The position numbers were made by a program, and so were the translations under genes. The notes below the pieces were generated by a model. It saw only the letters and a list, made by a program, of their open reading frames with translations, was not told where the DNA came from and did no database searches. Below are positions 44,612 through 54,663 of a DNA stretch of 64,000 nucleotides, in pieces; within the stretch, counting starts at the first letter, position 1; each line of letters opens with the position of its first letter. The stretch is from a virus, in IMG/VR virus record IMGVR_UViG_3300045988_115142; one strand, given 5' to 3'.

Positions 44612-45265
44612 ATGGACATCAAAAAAGCAGTATTACAAAATAAGACTTTAGACGTAGTTTCTATGTCTGAATTTGGTCGCTTAATTGATAATAATGCTCC
44701 ATTCTTACGAGATGTCTGTGTAGAGATCGGAGACTATGTATATCCATACAAAGAGTCTCCGAAATCTAAACGTGATGTCTGTATTACTAATTTTGGTCCT
44801 CTTATTACTTGGCAAGAACCAACTACAGAAGAGGATAAAGAAGCATACTCTGCTAATAACATCGTTGACTTATCTCCAAAGAATACAAAAAGTTTGGTAG
44901 ATAATATTCGAGCAGCTGATAAGATTAAAAGTCTTGAAAGTACTCGTTTAGCTAAAATCAGTAATGTACTTACCTTACCTATCAATGAAGAAGATTCCGA
45001 AGAATTAGTTGCTATCAAGCAAGCTATTAACGCTAAAGGAATCGACTCAGATTCATATAAGGCTAAGTTCCCATCTGAATCTGATTTTAACAACGATATG
45101 CGTGCTCTTAAATCCGCAGCTAATAATAACATTAGTTTCTTTAAAGCTAAGCGTGTATTAAATGCATTTGATATTGATATGGAACTCATTATCAAAGACA
45201 AACCAGATGCAGTTAATCCAATTGGTGAAGAAATCCGTGTATCATTAACTGGTGAAAAAGATTAG
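44612..45265 (+). CDS. hypothetical protein
   Basis: 217-aa ORF. Confidence 0.7.
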   Translation: MDIKKAVLQNKTLDVVSMSEFGRLIDNNAPFLRDVCVEIGDYVYPYKESPKSKRDVCITNFGPLITWQEPTTEEDKEAYSANNIVDLSPKNTKSLVDNIRAADKIKSLESTRLAKISNVLTLPINEEDSEELVAIKQAINAKGIDSDSYKAKFPSESDFNNDMRALKSAANNNISFFKAKRVLNAFDIDMELIIKDKPDAVNPIGEEIRVSLTGEKD

Positions 45266-45331
45266 TAATTACTGTAGTTATATTATGCAAAAATTTTACA
45301 ATAGATTACTAATTGAAGGAGCAATACAATA

Positions 45332-47044
45332 ATGATCACTCAAAGAGAATTCATTAAACGATTTACCGAGAAAACAACTATTCCATTCAACGGTGATTTA
45401 TTTGTGCGTTCTGATGATGATATTGTAGAGCATTTGAAAAAGATAATCCTTTCATGTCAAACATCGAATGGTATCTTTGCAGTCAAAGTTAAGGGCTTTG
45501 AACTTATCGAAGGATATACAAACGTCCAAGAAACTTTGAAAGAGTATTATTCTAAAAATAATAATCGGAATCGTAAGAAAGGTGCTGCTGATGAAAATCA
45601 GTATAACTATATCAATCTAAAAGATTCGATTATCAAGATTTTAGTCGTAGATTATCATCTAATGGCTAAGGGTCAGGAAGAGAACCTTCGGGTTCTCATC
45701 ATGATCCCTGAAGTTGTTAAAAAGTTTTATTTTTATCTTAATGGGAATTATTACCTCCCTATGTATCAAATCGTAGATAGAAGTACTTACAATTCAACTT
45801 CAGCTAAGAATGAGAAGGATTATATCACACAGAAGACCAACTTCCAACCGATAAATATCTATCGACATGTGTATGAACTTAATACTTCTGATGGTGAAAC
45901 AGTTCCAGCGACTGAGTTCGATTGTAATATCTTCAAAAAGACATTCCCAGCATCATTATTCCTATTCGCTAGATATGGTTTAACTGGTGCATTACGTGAA
46001 CTTGGTTTAGATAAGATATTTGTATTCACATCAGACGATAAGTTCAAAGATGATCCTGAAATACTCACATTTATTCCAAATACTAATACGAATATACACA
46101 TCAACGTACCAAAAAGTATTTATAAAAATAATCAACTCGTTCAGCATATAGTCTATACACTCTGTATGCGAACTGATAAGCATCTCAGTCTAAATGGTCT
46201 ATTCGATACTGAGTATTGGGTAGGTAAGTTAGGTGAGACATTTAGTGTAGCTAATAAGCTCATTAAAGGTCACAGTATTCTACGTTCCTTTGAGTCTATC
46301 TTAGACTTCAATATCCAAGAGCAACTTCGTTTACCTTGGACAGCTAAGAAAGATATGTTCTGTGTTCTTATGTGGATGCTTAAAGAATATTCTTCCTTAA
46401 GAGAACGTGATACATTGGATGTAACTAAGAAGAAATTGCGTTATGGTGAATATATCGCAGCTACTTATGCTAAGACTTTAAATTCTAAGATTTATCGTCT
46501 AAGCAATAACGGTAACCGTGTAGATATTGATTATATTCGCAAAAACTTAGATATCCAACCGGACTATTTAATAAAAGAGCTTACTCGCAGTCAATTGATT
46601 GCGTTTAGAAATGCTGTAACGAGTGTTGACTCTATTACAGCATTGAAATTTACTTACAAAGGCATCTCTGGTATTGGTGAAAACAAAGCCAATAGCGTAT
46701 CAGATTCTTTCCGTCTATTAGATATCTCTAATATGGGTATCCTAGATCCAGATGCATCTTCCGCATCAGATCCTGGTATTTCTGGTTCTGTAGTTCCTAT
46801 GCTTAAACCAGCTGCTCATGGATATCTTTCAGATGAACCTGAACCGATGTTCTGGCAAGATGATTTCAATGCACTTTATGAAGAGTATAAAAAGATTAAA
46901 GGGCTACAAGAACTCATCGAATTCAAAGCTGACGTTTTGGGTGACGAAGAAGCTGCTAAGAATGTGGCTATGGCTCGCATTGCTACAGAGATGGCTACTA
47001 ATGTTAACTCTACTTTAGCAAGAATCGTTGAGGAAAATGAATAA
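45332..47044 (+). CDS. multisubunit RNA polymerase beta subunit, N-terminal half
   Basis: C-terminal region KGISGIGEN...FRLLDISNMGILDPDASSASDPGISGSV matches LGPGGL...RDVH.SHYGR.CP.ETPEG.NIGL. The protein ends where 38495..40945 picks up the next conserved beta block. Confidence 0.75.
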   Translation: MITQREFIKRFTEKTTIPFNGDLFVRSDDDIVEHLKKIILSCQTSNGIFAVKVKGFELIEGYTNVQETLKEYYSKNNNRNRKKGAADENQYNYINLKDSIIKILVVDYHLMAKGQEENLRVLIMIPEVVKKFYFYLNGNYYLPMYQIVDRSTYNSTSAKNEKDYITQKTNFQPINIYRHVYELNTSDGETVPATEFDCNIFKKTFPASLFLFARYGLTGALRELGLDKIFVFTSDDKFKDDPEILTFIPNTNTNIHINVPKSIYKNNQLVQHIVYTLCMRTDKHLSLNGLFDTEYWVGKLGETFSVANKLIKGHSILRSFESILDFNIQEQLRLPWTAKKDMFCVLMWMLKEYSSLRERDTLDVTKKKLRYGEYIAATYAKTLNSKIYRLSNNGNRVDIDYIRKNLDIQPDYLIKELTRSQLIAFRNAVTSVDSITALKFTYKGISGIGENKANSVSDSFRLLDISNMGILDPDASSASDPGISGSVVPMLKPAAHGYLSDEPEPMFWQDDFNALYEEYKKIKGLQELIEFKADVLGDEEAAKNVAMARIATEMATNVNSTLARIVEENE

Positions 47045-47289
47045 TGGCTACTATGTATACTCGTTACTTTGTTTTCTCTTCTAAACAAGTAGAAGAGATG
47101 AACAAAATTGCTGATCAACGCGGAGCTTCCAGACCTAAGCTCGGCACAGTTGTTGTAAATGGAATTCCAAAAGAATTTACAGCAATTTTAACAAACATCG
47201 ACCATATGAAATATGCCGATAGTAAGGTACTCATCTCTGGTGATATCAGAACTATCAAGCATAATATGGGAGACCTTAATTTACTATAA
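47044..47289 (+). CDS. hypothetical protein, translationally coupled to the RNAP beta-N gene
   Basis: 81-aa ORF with a TAATG overlap to the upstream stop. Confidence 0.6.
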   Translation: MATMYTRYFVFSSKQVEEMNKIADQRGASRPKLGTVVVNGIPKEFTAILTNIDHMKYADSKVLISGDIRTIKHNMGDLNLL

Positions 47290-47579
47290 TGGAAAATGAC
47301 GGTCTACTTCATGTAATCAAAAGGCTCCCTATGGGAATCTGCCCAGTATGTGGGAAACCACTAATGCTACTTAGGTCTGAATATACTGCGTATATTTTAG
47401 CAGAGTCTGGTTACATTAGAAGCAAAGTGGATGAAAAATCCGAAATGAAAATGATTTGTCCTAAATGTGGATATACTGAAAATGCTAGAGTTGGTGATGA
47501 TGGTATCATCCCAGAACGTCTAGATGATTTAGTACCATCTACTGGAGAAATCAAGAACAACCCTATTGGGTCGAAATAA
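47289..47579 (+). CDS. zinc-ribbon protein
   Basis: Two CxxC pairs, CPVCGK ... CPKCGY. TAATG overlap with the upstream gene; terminator palindrome follows. Confidence 0.65.
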   Translation: MENDGLLHVIKRLPMGICPVCGKPLMLLRSEYTAYILAESGYIRSKVDEKSEMKMICPKCGYTENARVGDDGIIPERLDDLVPSTGEIKNNPIGSK

Positions 47580-47590
47580 GAAGTTGTTAT

Positions 47591-47616
47591 CCCATTACCC
47601 AATATTGGGTAATGGG
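47591..47616 (+). terminator. intrinsic terminator; palindrome family
   Basis: CCCATTACCCAATATTGGGTAATGGG, then GTTTCTTTC. Confidence 0.75.
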
Positions 47617-47682
47617 GTTTCTTTCAAAAAAATATTAAGCGAGTAATATAAATTACTTGATATAAATTAGGAGGAATTACTC

Positions 47683-49215
47683 ATGGAAAAAATCAAATTA
47701 ACAGAAGAACTTGAAAGATTAATTAGTCGTGGTCAATACAATGGTCAAGATGACAAATTAAAAGATGTCATTACAAATGAAGGTGTTTGTAGAAATATCT
47801 TTGCAGATGACGATTCTTTTGATGCGGTAAGTGAATTTACTGTAGATATGCTAGCATTATTATTAGGATACATGGCTGTAAGATTAGGTGAGTTTAACGA
47901 TCCTAATGAATACATTCATACTATTTCTAAATTCGCTGCATTGTTCGATATCGATTCAGCTTCTTATTATGATGAAGAGAAAAAAGATTTTGATTTAGAA
48001 CGATTAGTGTATGATATCGCTACTAAAAATTATGAATCCTATTGGAATTATGATGAAATTTCCAAACACCCAGAAGAATTAGAATTATTCACTAAGGTAT
48101 ACAATAACGATATCCAAACTTTATTGGCTGCTGTAGCTGCTGGTGATAGAAGTATTGCTATGCAAATACTTAATCCAAAAACAATGCTATTCTATAGCAG
48201 CAAACTAATAGCTAAGAAACCTGAAAATGAAGAAGAAGAAATGAAGATGGTTGCTAAATTAGAAACAATGAATGATCTTTCTGTTATTTTAGCAAAAGCT
48301 ATTGGTCTTTATGGTGAAGGTGATAAAGATAAATTATTCCTTGATTCTATTAAGGATAATCCAATTAATAATGTTATGGATCCTGATAGTATTCTTAAAT
48401 TATCTAAGACTCTAATGTCTATTTTCAATGGATATTTAGATTCTCAAGCTGAAGAAGATGGTCCATTCCCAGTATTTAATTTACTAAGTCAAGAAGGTCA
48501 TACCTTCCCATTGACTTTCACACCTAAAGTTGTTGATGACTTCAAATTCTTAGTATCTGTATTGACAATCAAATTATTCTATGATAAGAAAAAATTCAAT
48601 GCAGATACCTTTGATTCTATCTTCCGTCCTAAGGATAAAGAATTAGCTGAAAAGGTATTGGCTAAACTTGTTGAAAGCCCACTATTTAAAGAAACCATAG
48701 TTAAGGATATCGATATCTTTAATGAAAGTGGTGACTTTGATTTATTCGAAGCTCTTCAAGAACTTACAAGTGTAACTAACCCTTGTAATCTATTCTTAAA
48801 ACGTTATGCATTTTATGCAGGATTTGAAGAACTTAGAGAGACTTATGAAACTATAAGATCTATTTTTACTGAAACTAAGGAACAAAAGATCGTCTTCGAT
48901 GCCTTTGAATCTAGACTTCTATTCAACTTATTATATCCTGCATTCATGGCATTCCTAGTAGTCTCTGAAGATCAAGAAATCTATACAGAATTCTTGAAAA
49001 AGACAAGAGAAATTCTTCATGATAATATTGGAGAAGAAAAGCGGAATGTTTCTCTACTAGCAGCTTCCTATAATATAGTAGCAGACGATGAATTCTTCGA
49101 AATCTGTACTCTAGCTCAAAAGATTGATGAATTATCTGCCAGAGCTGTTGAAGATTGTGAGATCGATGAATTACCTGATAACGTTGTCAAATTCGATAGA
49201 AGCAAATTAAGCTAA
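47683..49215 (+). CDS. hypothetical protein (predominantly helical by composition)
   Basis: 510-aa ORF with TAGGAGGA SD. Confidence 0.75.
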   Translation: MEKIKLTEELERLISRGQYNGQDDKLKDVITNEGVCRNIFADDDSFDAVSEFTVDMLALLLGYMAVRLGEFNDPNEYIHTISKFAALFDIDSASYYDEEKKDFDLERLVYDIATKNYESYWNYDEISKHPEELELFTKVYNNDIQTLLAAVAAGDRSIAMQILNPKTMLFYSSKLIAKKPENEEEEMKMVAKLETMNDLSVILAKAIGLYGEGDKDKLFLDSIKDNPINNVMDPDSILKLSKTLMSIFNGYLDSQAEEDGPFPVFNLLSQEGHTFPLTFTPKVVDDFKFLVSVLTIKLFYDKKKFNADTFDSIFRPKDKELAEKVLAKLVESPLFKETIVKDIDIFNESGDFDLFEALQELTSVTNPCNLFLKRYAFYAGFEELRETYETIRSIFTETKEQKIVFDAFESRLLFNLLYPAFMAFLVVSEDQEIYTEFLKKTREILHDNIGEEKRNVSLLAASYNIVADDEFFEICTLAQKIDELSARAVEDCEIDELPDNVVKFDRSKLS

Positions 49216-49230
49216 TCGTAAACTCCCAGT

Positions 49231-49252
49231 AATGGGCACTTATGTGCCCATT
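49231..49252 (+). terminator. intrinsic terminator
   Basis: AATGGGCAC-TTAT-GTGCCCATT, then ATTTTTTG. Confidence 0.75.
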
Positions 49253-49320
49253 ATTTTTTGTCTTATATGAACTTTATAATAATTGAAATGGATTTTAGAT
49301 TAAAAAATTAGGGAGGACAA

Positions 49321-51570
49321 ATGAGACCGTATCCATTGATGAAAAATTACAAACGCACCGACCATTCAAATCTCATCGATGCTCTCCGGGAATGGAAATC
49401 ATTCTCTGACAATGTTGAAAACAACTTTGAACAAGCTACTTTTATTTTTTCTCAAGCCCTTAAAGGAATTGATGAATTAGAAGCTAGTAATGAATTTAGA
49501 GGAAAGAACGATTATATTTTCTCCCTAATTCACACTGCGTCGAGGTTCTATAATATAGCATTAGATGAGTATATCAAACTTTCCGGTAAGTTTAAACCAA
49601 CTAAGTATTTAGAACTACTTCATTTATATCTTAAAGATTCTAAATCAGGTGAAGGTTATATCAAAAAAGAGTATGAATTATATACTATGGGTTTAGCTGC
49701 TAAACGTGTCGAAGAAAACCATAATATTATTCAAAAACGTTTTGATATCAAATCTATTATCGTCAAATTACTTGGTATCGATGAAGAAGGTTCTGATATT
49801 TATTATAAATATAGATATATCGTTCCAATCCTTGGGGTTCATCTTGCTTCTTTGATTGATACTTATAGAATGGATCCTGTTCAAAAAGCTGTCTTGACTA
49901 TTGAAGAACTTCACTACGTTATCAAATATATTGAAAGAAATTCCAAAGAAGAATGTTTCTCTACTATATTCGATAATATCTTAGGACCTGCATTCTATTA
50001 TATCAATGCATATAAAGATACAGATAATGAAGTTACTTTAGAAGATATTGTAGATGAATTATTAAAGGCTAATTGGATTCCTTTCGATGGTAAACAATAT
50101 CTAAAGAATAGTTTTAGTGAATTTGAAGATCGTATTAAAGAATACAAAGGTTTAGTTCCTGTATGGGCTAATGGTATAACTGCAAATGTAGTTTGTTATA
50201 TCTTAAAAACTTATGCAGAAGATAATACTATTGGTAGACCTAAGTCTTTCTTCAACTTTATCAACGAAGAAGATTACCCTATGGAAATCAAAGGTATTGA
50301 AGTAGATTATACTGATAAAATTTTCCTTTATACTATCCTAACTATCTTACCTATTCTTTATACAGATAAAACAGCAGAGGGTACTCATATTGATGATCCT
50401 ATAGCTATAGAAGTATTCGTTAAAAAACGAATCAAAGAATCTAAATCTACTAAACTTGTATGTGATGCTATCAGATTCTCTTCATATATCATTGGTCTAG
50501 TATGTGGCAATGAAAAATTAGGTAATTTCTTAAGAAGTATTGCCGATGAATATATGATTGCAGAAGAAAAGAAAGAAGAAAAAATGGACGCAATTGATCA
50601 TGCTCTAATGAGACCTTCATACATTAAATGTGCTGAAATGGCAGAAGAAGCCGCTGAGATTATTTCTCTATCTGAAGAGTATTCCTCTGCTCCTAAATTT
50701 AATATTTGTCAAGATACAATTATTAAATTCCCAGAAGCAATTCCATTCTTTGAATACTATGCTCGTACTTATCCAGAACACCTCGACAGAGATATTCTAT
50801 TAAATAGAGCAGAATTGGTAATTAAAGAAAATGCTATCTCTAGTAAGATGGATATGGATCTTGCTGCTAATATCTCTAAAGTAAATACATATCGTAATCG
50901 TCTAGTAGAAACTGTTAAAGTAGATGATCCTGTAGAATACTTCCGAAACTTCACAGAAGCTACTCAATTAATGGAAGATATCATGGCTTTCATTGAATCA
51001 TATGACTCTGATTTTGATGATGACTACGATGATGACGATGACGAAAAAGAAGAATTAACTCCTAAGCAAAAACAAGAACAAAAGAAAAAAGTTGAAGCAA
51101 CTAAGAAAAGTCTTCTTAGTAGAATGGCTGATGTTCTAGCTAAAGCTGGTGGTGCTGTTGAAAAGGTAAAACCTAAGCTTAAATCTGTCAGTAGTAAAAT
51201 TATCGATGTTTTAGCCAATATTACTACTATGGGTGATGAAGAAAAGATCGCTCAATTAAAGACAAAGATCTTACCTAACCTTAGAAATATCTTGATGGTA
51301 ATCGTAACAGCTGGTTTAGCTATTACAACACCATATCTTTTGGTATTGGTATTAGTAATTAACGCTATTAGCACAACAAATACTTCCGTTGAAACTAAGA
51401 AGATCGTTAAAGATGAACTTGATGTAGAATTGGGTATTGTTGAAAAGAAACTCAATACAGCTGACCTTACTGAAAGTGATGAAAAGAAACTTCTTATGCT
51501 TAAGAGTAAAATCAATCGTCAAATTGAACGTATTGATAAAGAAATTGAAAAGGCTAAATCCAAGAAATAG
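49321..51570 (+). CDS. hypothetical large protein with acidic patch, one TM segment and C-terminal coiled coil
   Basis: 749-aa ORF with GGGAGGA SD. Contains DSDFDDDYDDDDDEKEE and the TM segment ILMVIVTAGLAITTPYLLVLVLVINAI. Confidence 0.75.
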   Translation: MRPYPLMKNYKRTDHSNLIDALREWKSFSDNVENNFEQATFIFSQALKGIDELEASNEFRGKNDYIFSLIHTASRFYNIALDEYIKLSGKFKPTKYLELLHLYLKDSKSGEGYIKKEYELYTMGLAAKRVEENHNIIQKRFDIKSIIVKLLGIDEEGSDIYYKYRYIVPILGVHLASLIDTYRMDPVQKAVLTIEELHYVIKYIERNSKEECFSTIFDNILGPAFYYINAYKDTDNEVTLEDIVDELLKANWIPFDGKQYLKNSFSEFEDRIKEYKGLVPVWANGITANVVCYILKTYAEDNTIGRPKSFFNFINEEDYPMEIKGIEVDYTDKIFLYTILTILPILYTDKTAEGTHIDDPIAIEVFVKKRIKESKSTKLVCDAIRFSSYIIGLVCGNEKLGNFLRSIADEYMIAEEKKEEKMDAIDHALMRPSYIKCAEMAEEAAEIISLSEEYSSAPKFNICQDTIIKFPEAIPFFEYYARTYPEHLDRDILLNRAELVIKENAISSKMDMDLAANISKVNTYRNRLVETVKVDDPVEYFRNFTEATQLMEDIMAFIESYDSDFDDDYDDDDDEKEELTPKQKQEQKKKVEATKKSLLSRMADVLAKAGGAVEKVKPKLKSVSSKIIDVLANITTMGDEEKIAQLKTKILPNLRNILMVIVTAGLAITTPYLLVLVLVINAISTTNTSVETKKIVKDELDVELGIVEKKLNTADLTESDEKKLLMLKSKINRQIERIDKEIEKAKSKK

Positions 51571-51578
51571 GAGGTCAT

Positions 51579-52517
51579 ATGTTTGCATTTGATGATGAAT
51601 TTGGTTTATTTGATGAAGATGTGATCTTCGATAACGAAGATATACTTCATGAAGCACCAAATGATGATAATAAAAAAGAAAATAAAGGACAAAATGGTAG
51701 TGGAGATAATACCGACTCAACAGAAGATGATGCTCCTACTGACTATACTGATGGTAGTGAAAGCCCTAACACCCCCGTAGACGATGAGGGCAATCCAGAT
51801 TATACAGAAGAAGAGGAACCGGATTATGATGAAGAATCCGGTAATGATCCAGAAAATGATCAAACTAATACTGATTCTGAATCTGATGATACTAACACAG
51901 AAGTAAAGTCAGATGAAGGAGATGGTGAAATACCAGATTCTGATAACGCTGACGGTAATATCGATACTGATACTGAAGGAACTGATGATGATTCTGATTC
52001 ACCAGATTATACTTCAGAAGAAGATCCTTCTGCAGCTGAAGGAGAACCAGGGGATGACACCGATGGTGCTGGTGACGAAGAAGCTGGAGATGGTGACGCT
52101 ACTGGAGATGATATGGGTGGAGAAGATACCACTGATGATACTTCAGGTGATACTACCGAAGGTGGAGATGGTGAAATCTCTCAACTTCAAAATGACTTGT
52201 TCTCTAACCTTTCTGATGAGCAAATGAAGCTTAGGATTAATAGTATTAAAGACTCCTTTATTGAGTTATACTCAAACGTTGATAATACGTCTAAGCAGAT
52301 CCTGCTAGTTAATCGATCTTCTGATAATATCGTAGCTATCAATTATATTAATGAAACTTTAGGTGCCCTAAAAGATATGATTAGGGATGCCCTTACAGTT
52401 TCTTTTGGTACTCGTTCTATAGCAGAAAATCAGATTGTGTTACAAAAGCTTGTTGCTATCTATTCTTTGGTTTATAAAATCGTAGAAAAGATTGGCAACA
52501 GGAAAGAAGAAAAATAG
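51579..52517 (+). CDS. hyper-acidic disordered protein with C-terminal helical domain (scaffold-like?)
   Basis: About 200 aa is almost entirely D/E/T/G/S/N, then a ~110-aa ordinary domain. TAGGAGGT SD. Lies directly upstream of the probable capsid gene. Confidence 0.75.
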   Translation: MFAFDDEFGLFDEDVIFDNEDILHEAPNDDNKKENKGQNGSGDNTDSTEDDAPTDYTDGSESPNTPVDDEGNPDYTEEEEPDYDEESGNDPENDQTNTDSESDDTNTEVKSDEGDGEIPDSDNADGNIDTDTEGTDDDSDSPDYTSEEDPSAAEGEPGDDTDGAGDEEAGDGDATGDDMGGEDTTDDTSGDTTEGGDGEISQLQNDLFSNLSDEQMKLRINSIKDSFIELYSNVDNTSKQILLVNRSSDNIVAINYINETLGALKDMIRDALTVSFGTRSIAENQIVLQKLVAIYSLVYKIVEKIGNRKEEK

Positions 52518-52640
52518 AAATTATTTGGGATAAGAACCCAACCACTTATAAATAGATTCTACTGATGATAGTAGAGATGTGTGTGACAGATAGACACTGT
52601 GATGAAATTTAATATTCTCATATAAGGAGGAATATTCCTA

Positions 52641-54587
52641 ATGGCAATCGTAGGCTCTACAGATAATGCTAATAAAGAGATTCTTCGTGGTTACGAACAA
52701 GACTCCATGCATGAAACTGCTGCTCGCTTTGTTGAATTAGCACGTGCAGCTAAACAAGAATCCGGCTTGGATATCTTCAATAACCCAACAGAATTCTTAA
52801 CTAATAACCTTGGTAAAGAAGATCTTAAATCTTTCTTCGTAAACGAATCTTACGACGCAGAAGATCCTCGTTTCAAAGGCAACTCCGCTGCTCTTCGTTC
52901 TCACTTAGAAAACATGGAAATGTTGTTCGAAAACGACGTACAAGCAGCTGTTACTGAATCCACTAACTTGGGTGCATTGTCCCCAGTAATCGGTATGGTA
53001 ACACCAATCCATAAAAATATCTTGATGAACGCTGTTTATGATCAAGTAATGCCAAAAGACGTTTCCCGTAGCCCTAAATTCACTTTGACTATGGAAACTC
53101 GTAACTTGGTTGATACTAAAGGCAACAAAATCGATATGTATGCTGAACAAAACTTGATCAAGAAAGCTATCGATGAATCCGTTCCTACATTCGACAAAGT
53201 TATCACTACTTTGCCTGAACAAGAAGCTACTGACTTCGTTGCTGAAGCAGTTGCAGCTAATGTAATTGACGCTTCCGTTCAATCCATTGCTAACCTTTCC
53301 ATGCGTACAGAAGTTTTTGGCGTTGTAGTTAAAAACGTATACGTAGAAAAAGGCGAAATGGTTTGGGATGCTACTCAACAAAAAGAAGTTCCTGCTACAG
53401 CAGCTGGTGCTAACTCCGTATTGTTCAAATTACATGCATTCTTCACTCCTGGTTATGGCGACCATGTTCGTCAAATGCATCGTGCATTCATGATTTCCTT
53501 CAAGAAAAATGCTACTGATACAGTAACTGCTTCTGGTACAATCATGGGTTACTTGAATGAAAAGAACCGTATGTTGCTTCAATGTGGTCCATTGAAAGTT
53601 AAAGACGGTGCTACTGAAGCATTCGATACTACTACTTTCTTGGTAGAAGCACTTGTTGTTCGTGCTGTATTTGATGTATCTTCCGCTGCATTCCCAACTG
53701 TTAAAGTTGAATGGTCCAGTACTACAGATATCTTCCAAATTCCAGAAGCTCCACATGTAACTGTACCTATCACTCCAGAAGAAGTTAAAGACGTTCAAGC
53801 TCTTTATGACGTAAACCAAGTTACAAAACTTATGTCCATGATCCGCCTTGCTCTTCTTCATTGGAAAGATGATTCCATCCGTGATGATCTTGATGCTTCT
53901 TACTTGGCTATGCCTGAATCCAAACAATACAAAGCAGCATTTGACTTCACACCTCCAATTAACTTCACTGGTCTTCCAGTAGTATGGCGTAATGGTCAAT
54001 TCATGGATCGTTTGGAAACTATGGTTACTGAAATGCTCCAAGAATTGAATGATGAAAACATGACTATCGCTATCTTCGGTCGTCCTGACTTGATCCGTCG
54101 TATTGCTCCTCAACAATACACTTATCAAACAGCTTCCAACATCGGTCCTGTTGAATTAGACTTCACTCGCACTGTTGTTACTTCCGAACATCGTGTATAC
54201 AACTTCATCTCCACTAACAAAATGCGTAACAACAATAACTTCGTAGTATTGTTGATTCCTCGTAACTCCATGCGTATTACTTACAAAGTGGTAGATTACC
54301 AAATGTACTTAAGCAACGAAATTCGTGATGCTCGTCAAACTGCATTGCCAGCTATGACTGCATTCGAACGTTGGTTATTCTTACAATATCAACCTGTTCA
54401 AGGACGTATGCATATTATGAATCCTACTGGCTTACGCAACAACCCTGAAGACGACGTTAAAGACTTCATCGGTGCTAATGCTATGAACGATTACACTGCT
54501 AACCGTGCAGATTATGCTAACGAAGTTAACGGTGTAGTTGATCCAGCTACAGGTCACTTCCAAATTCCACCTATCAAAACTAACTAA
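52641..54587 (+). CDS. probable major capsid protein (alternative: another very abundant shell protein)
   Basis: 648 aa with the strongest NNC codon bias in the window. LSPVIGMVTPIHKNILMNAVYDQVMP resembles T4 gp23 GPAVMGMVRRAIPNLIAFDICGVQPM. The C-terminal EHRVYNF...TYKVVDYQMYL pattern is also gp23-like. An acidic scaffold-like gene lies upstream and a strong terminator downstream. Confidence 0.55.
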   Translation: MAIVGSTDNANKEILRGYEQDSMHETAARFVELARAAKQESGLDIFNNPTEFLTNNLGKEDLKSFFVNESYDAEDPRFKGNSAALRSHLENMEMLFENDVQAAVTESTNLGALSPVIGMVTPIHKNILMNAVYDQVMPKDVSRSPKFTLTMETRNLVDTKGNKIDMYAEQNLIKKAIDESVPTFDKVITTLPEQEATDFVAEAVAANVIDASVQSIANLSMRTEVFGVVVKNVYVEKGEMVWDATQQKEVPATAAGANSVLFKLHAFFTPGYGDHVRQMHRAFMISFKKNATDTVTASGTIMGYLNEKNRMLLQCGPLKVKDGATEAFDTTTFLVEALVVRAVFDVSSAAFPTVKVEWSSTTDIFQIPEAPHVTVPITPEEVKDVQALYDVNQVTKLMSMIRLALLHWKDDSIRDDLDASYLAMPESKQYKAAFDFTPPINFTGLPVVWRNGQFMDRLETMVTEMLQELNDENMTIAIFGRPDLIRRIAPQQYTYQTASNIGPVELDFTRTVVTSEHRVYNFISTNKMRNNNNFVVLLIPRNSMRITYKVVDYQMYLSNEIRDARQTALPAMTAFERWLFLQYQPVQGRMHIMNPTGLRNNPEDDVKDFIGANAMNDYTANRADYANEVNGVVDPATGHFQIPPIKTN

Positions 54588-54608
54588 TTTCTAAGTGACT
54601 AATAATCG

Positions 54609-54634
54609 GGACTAGAGGATAATTCCTCTAGTCC
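54609..54634 (+). terminator. intrinsic terminator after the probable capsid gene
   Basis: GGACTAGAGGATAATTCCTCTAGTCC, then TCTTTTATTTCC. Confidence 0.8.
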
Positions 54635-54663
54635 TCTTTTATTTCCTTAGAGGAGGGTGCGAA

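Noticed and set aside
52905-54128. Minus-strand ORFs 52905..53381, 53430..54128 and 53579..53773 (up to 232 aa).
   Set aside because: They are antisense to the strongly codon-biased probable capsid gene. They have no SD, and their composition is Cys/His/Phe-rich, typical of antisense shadows.
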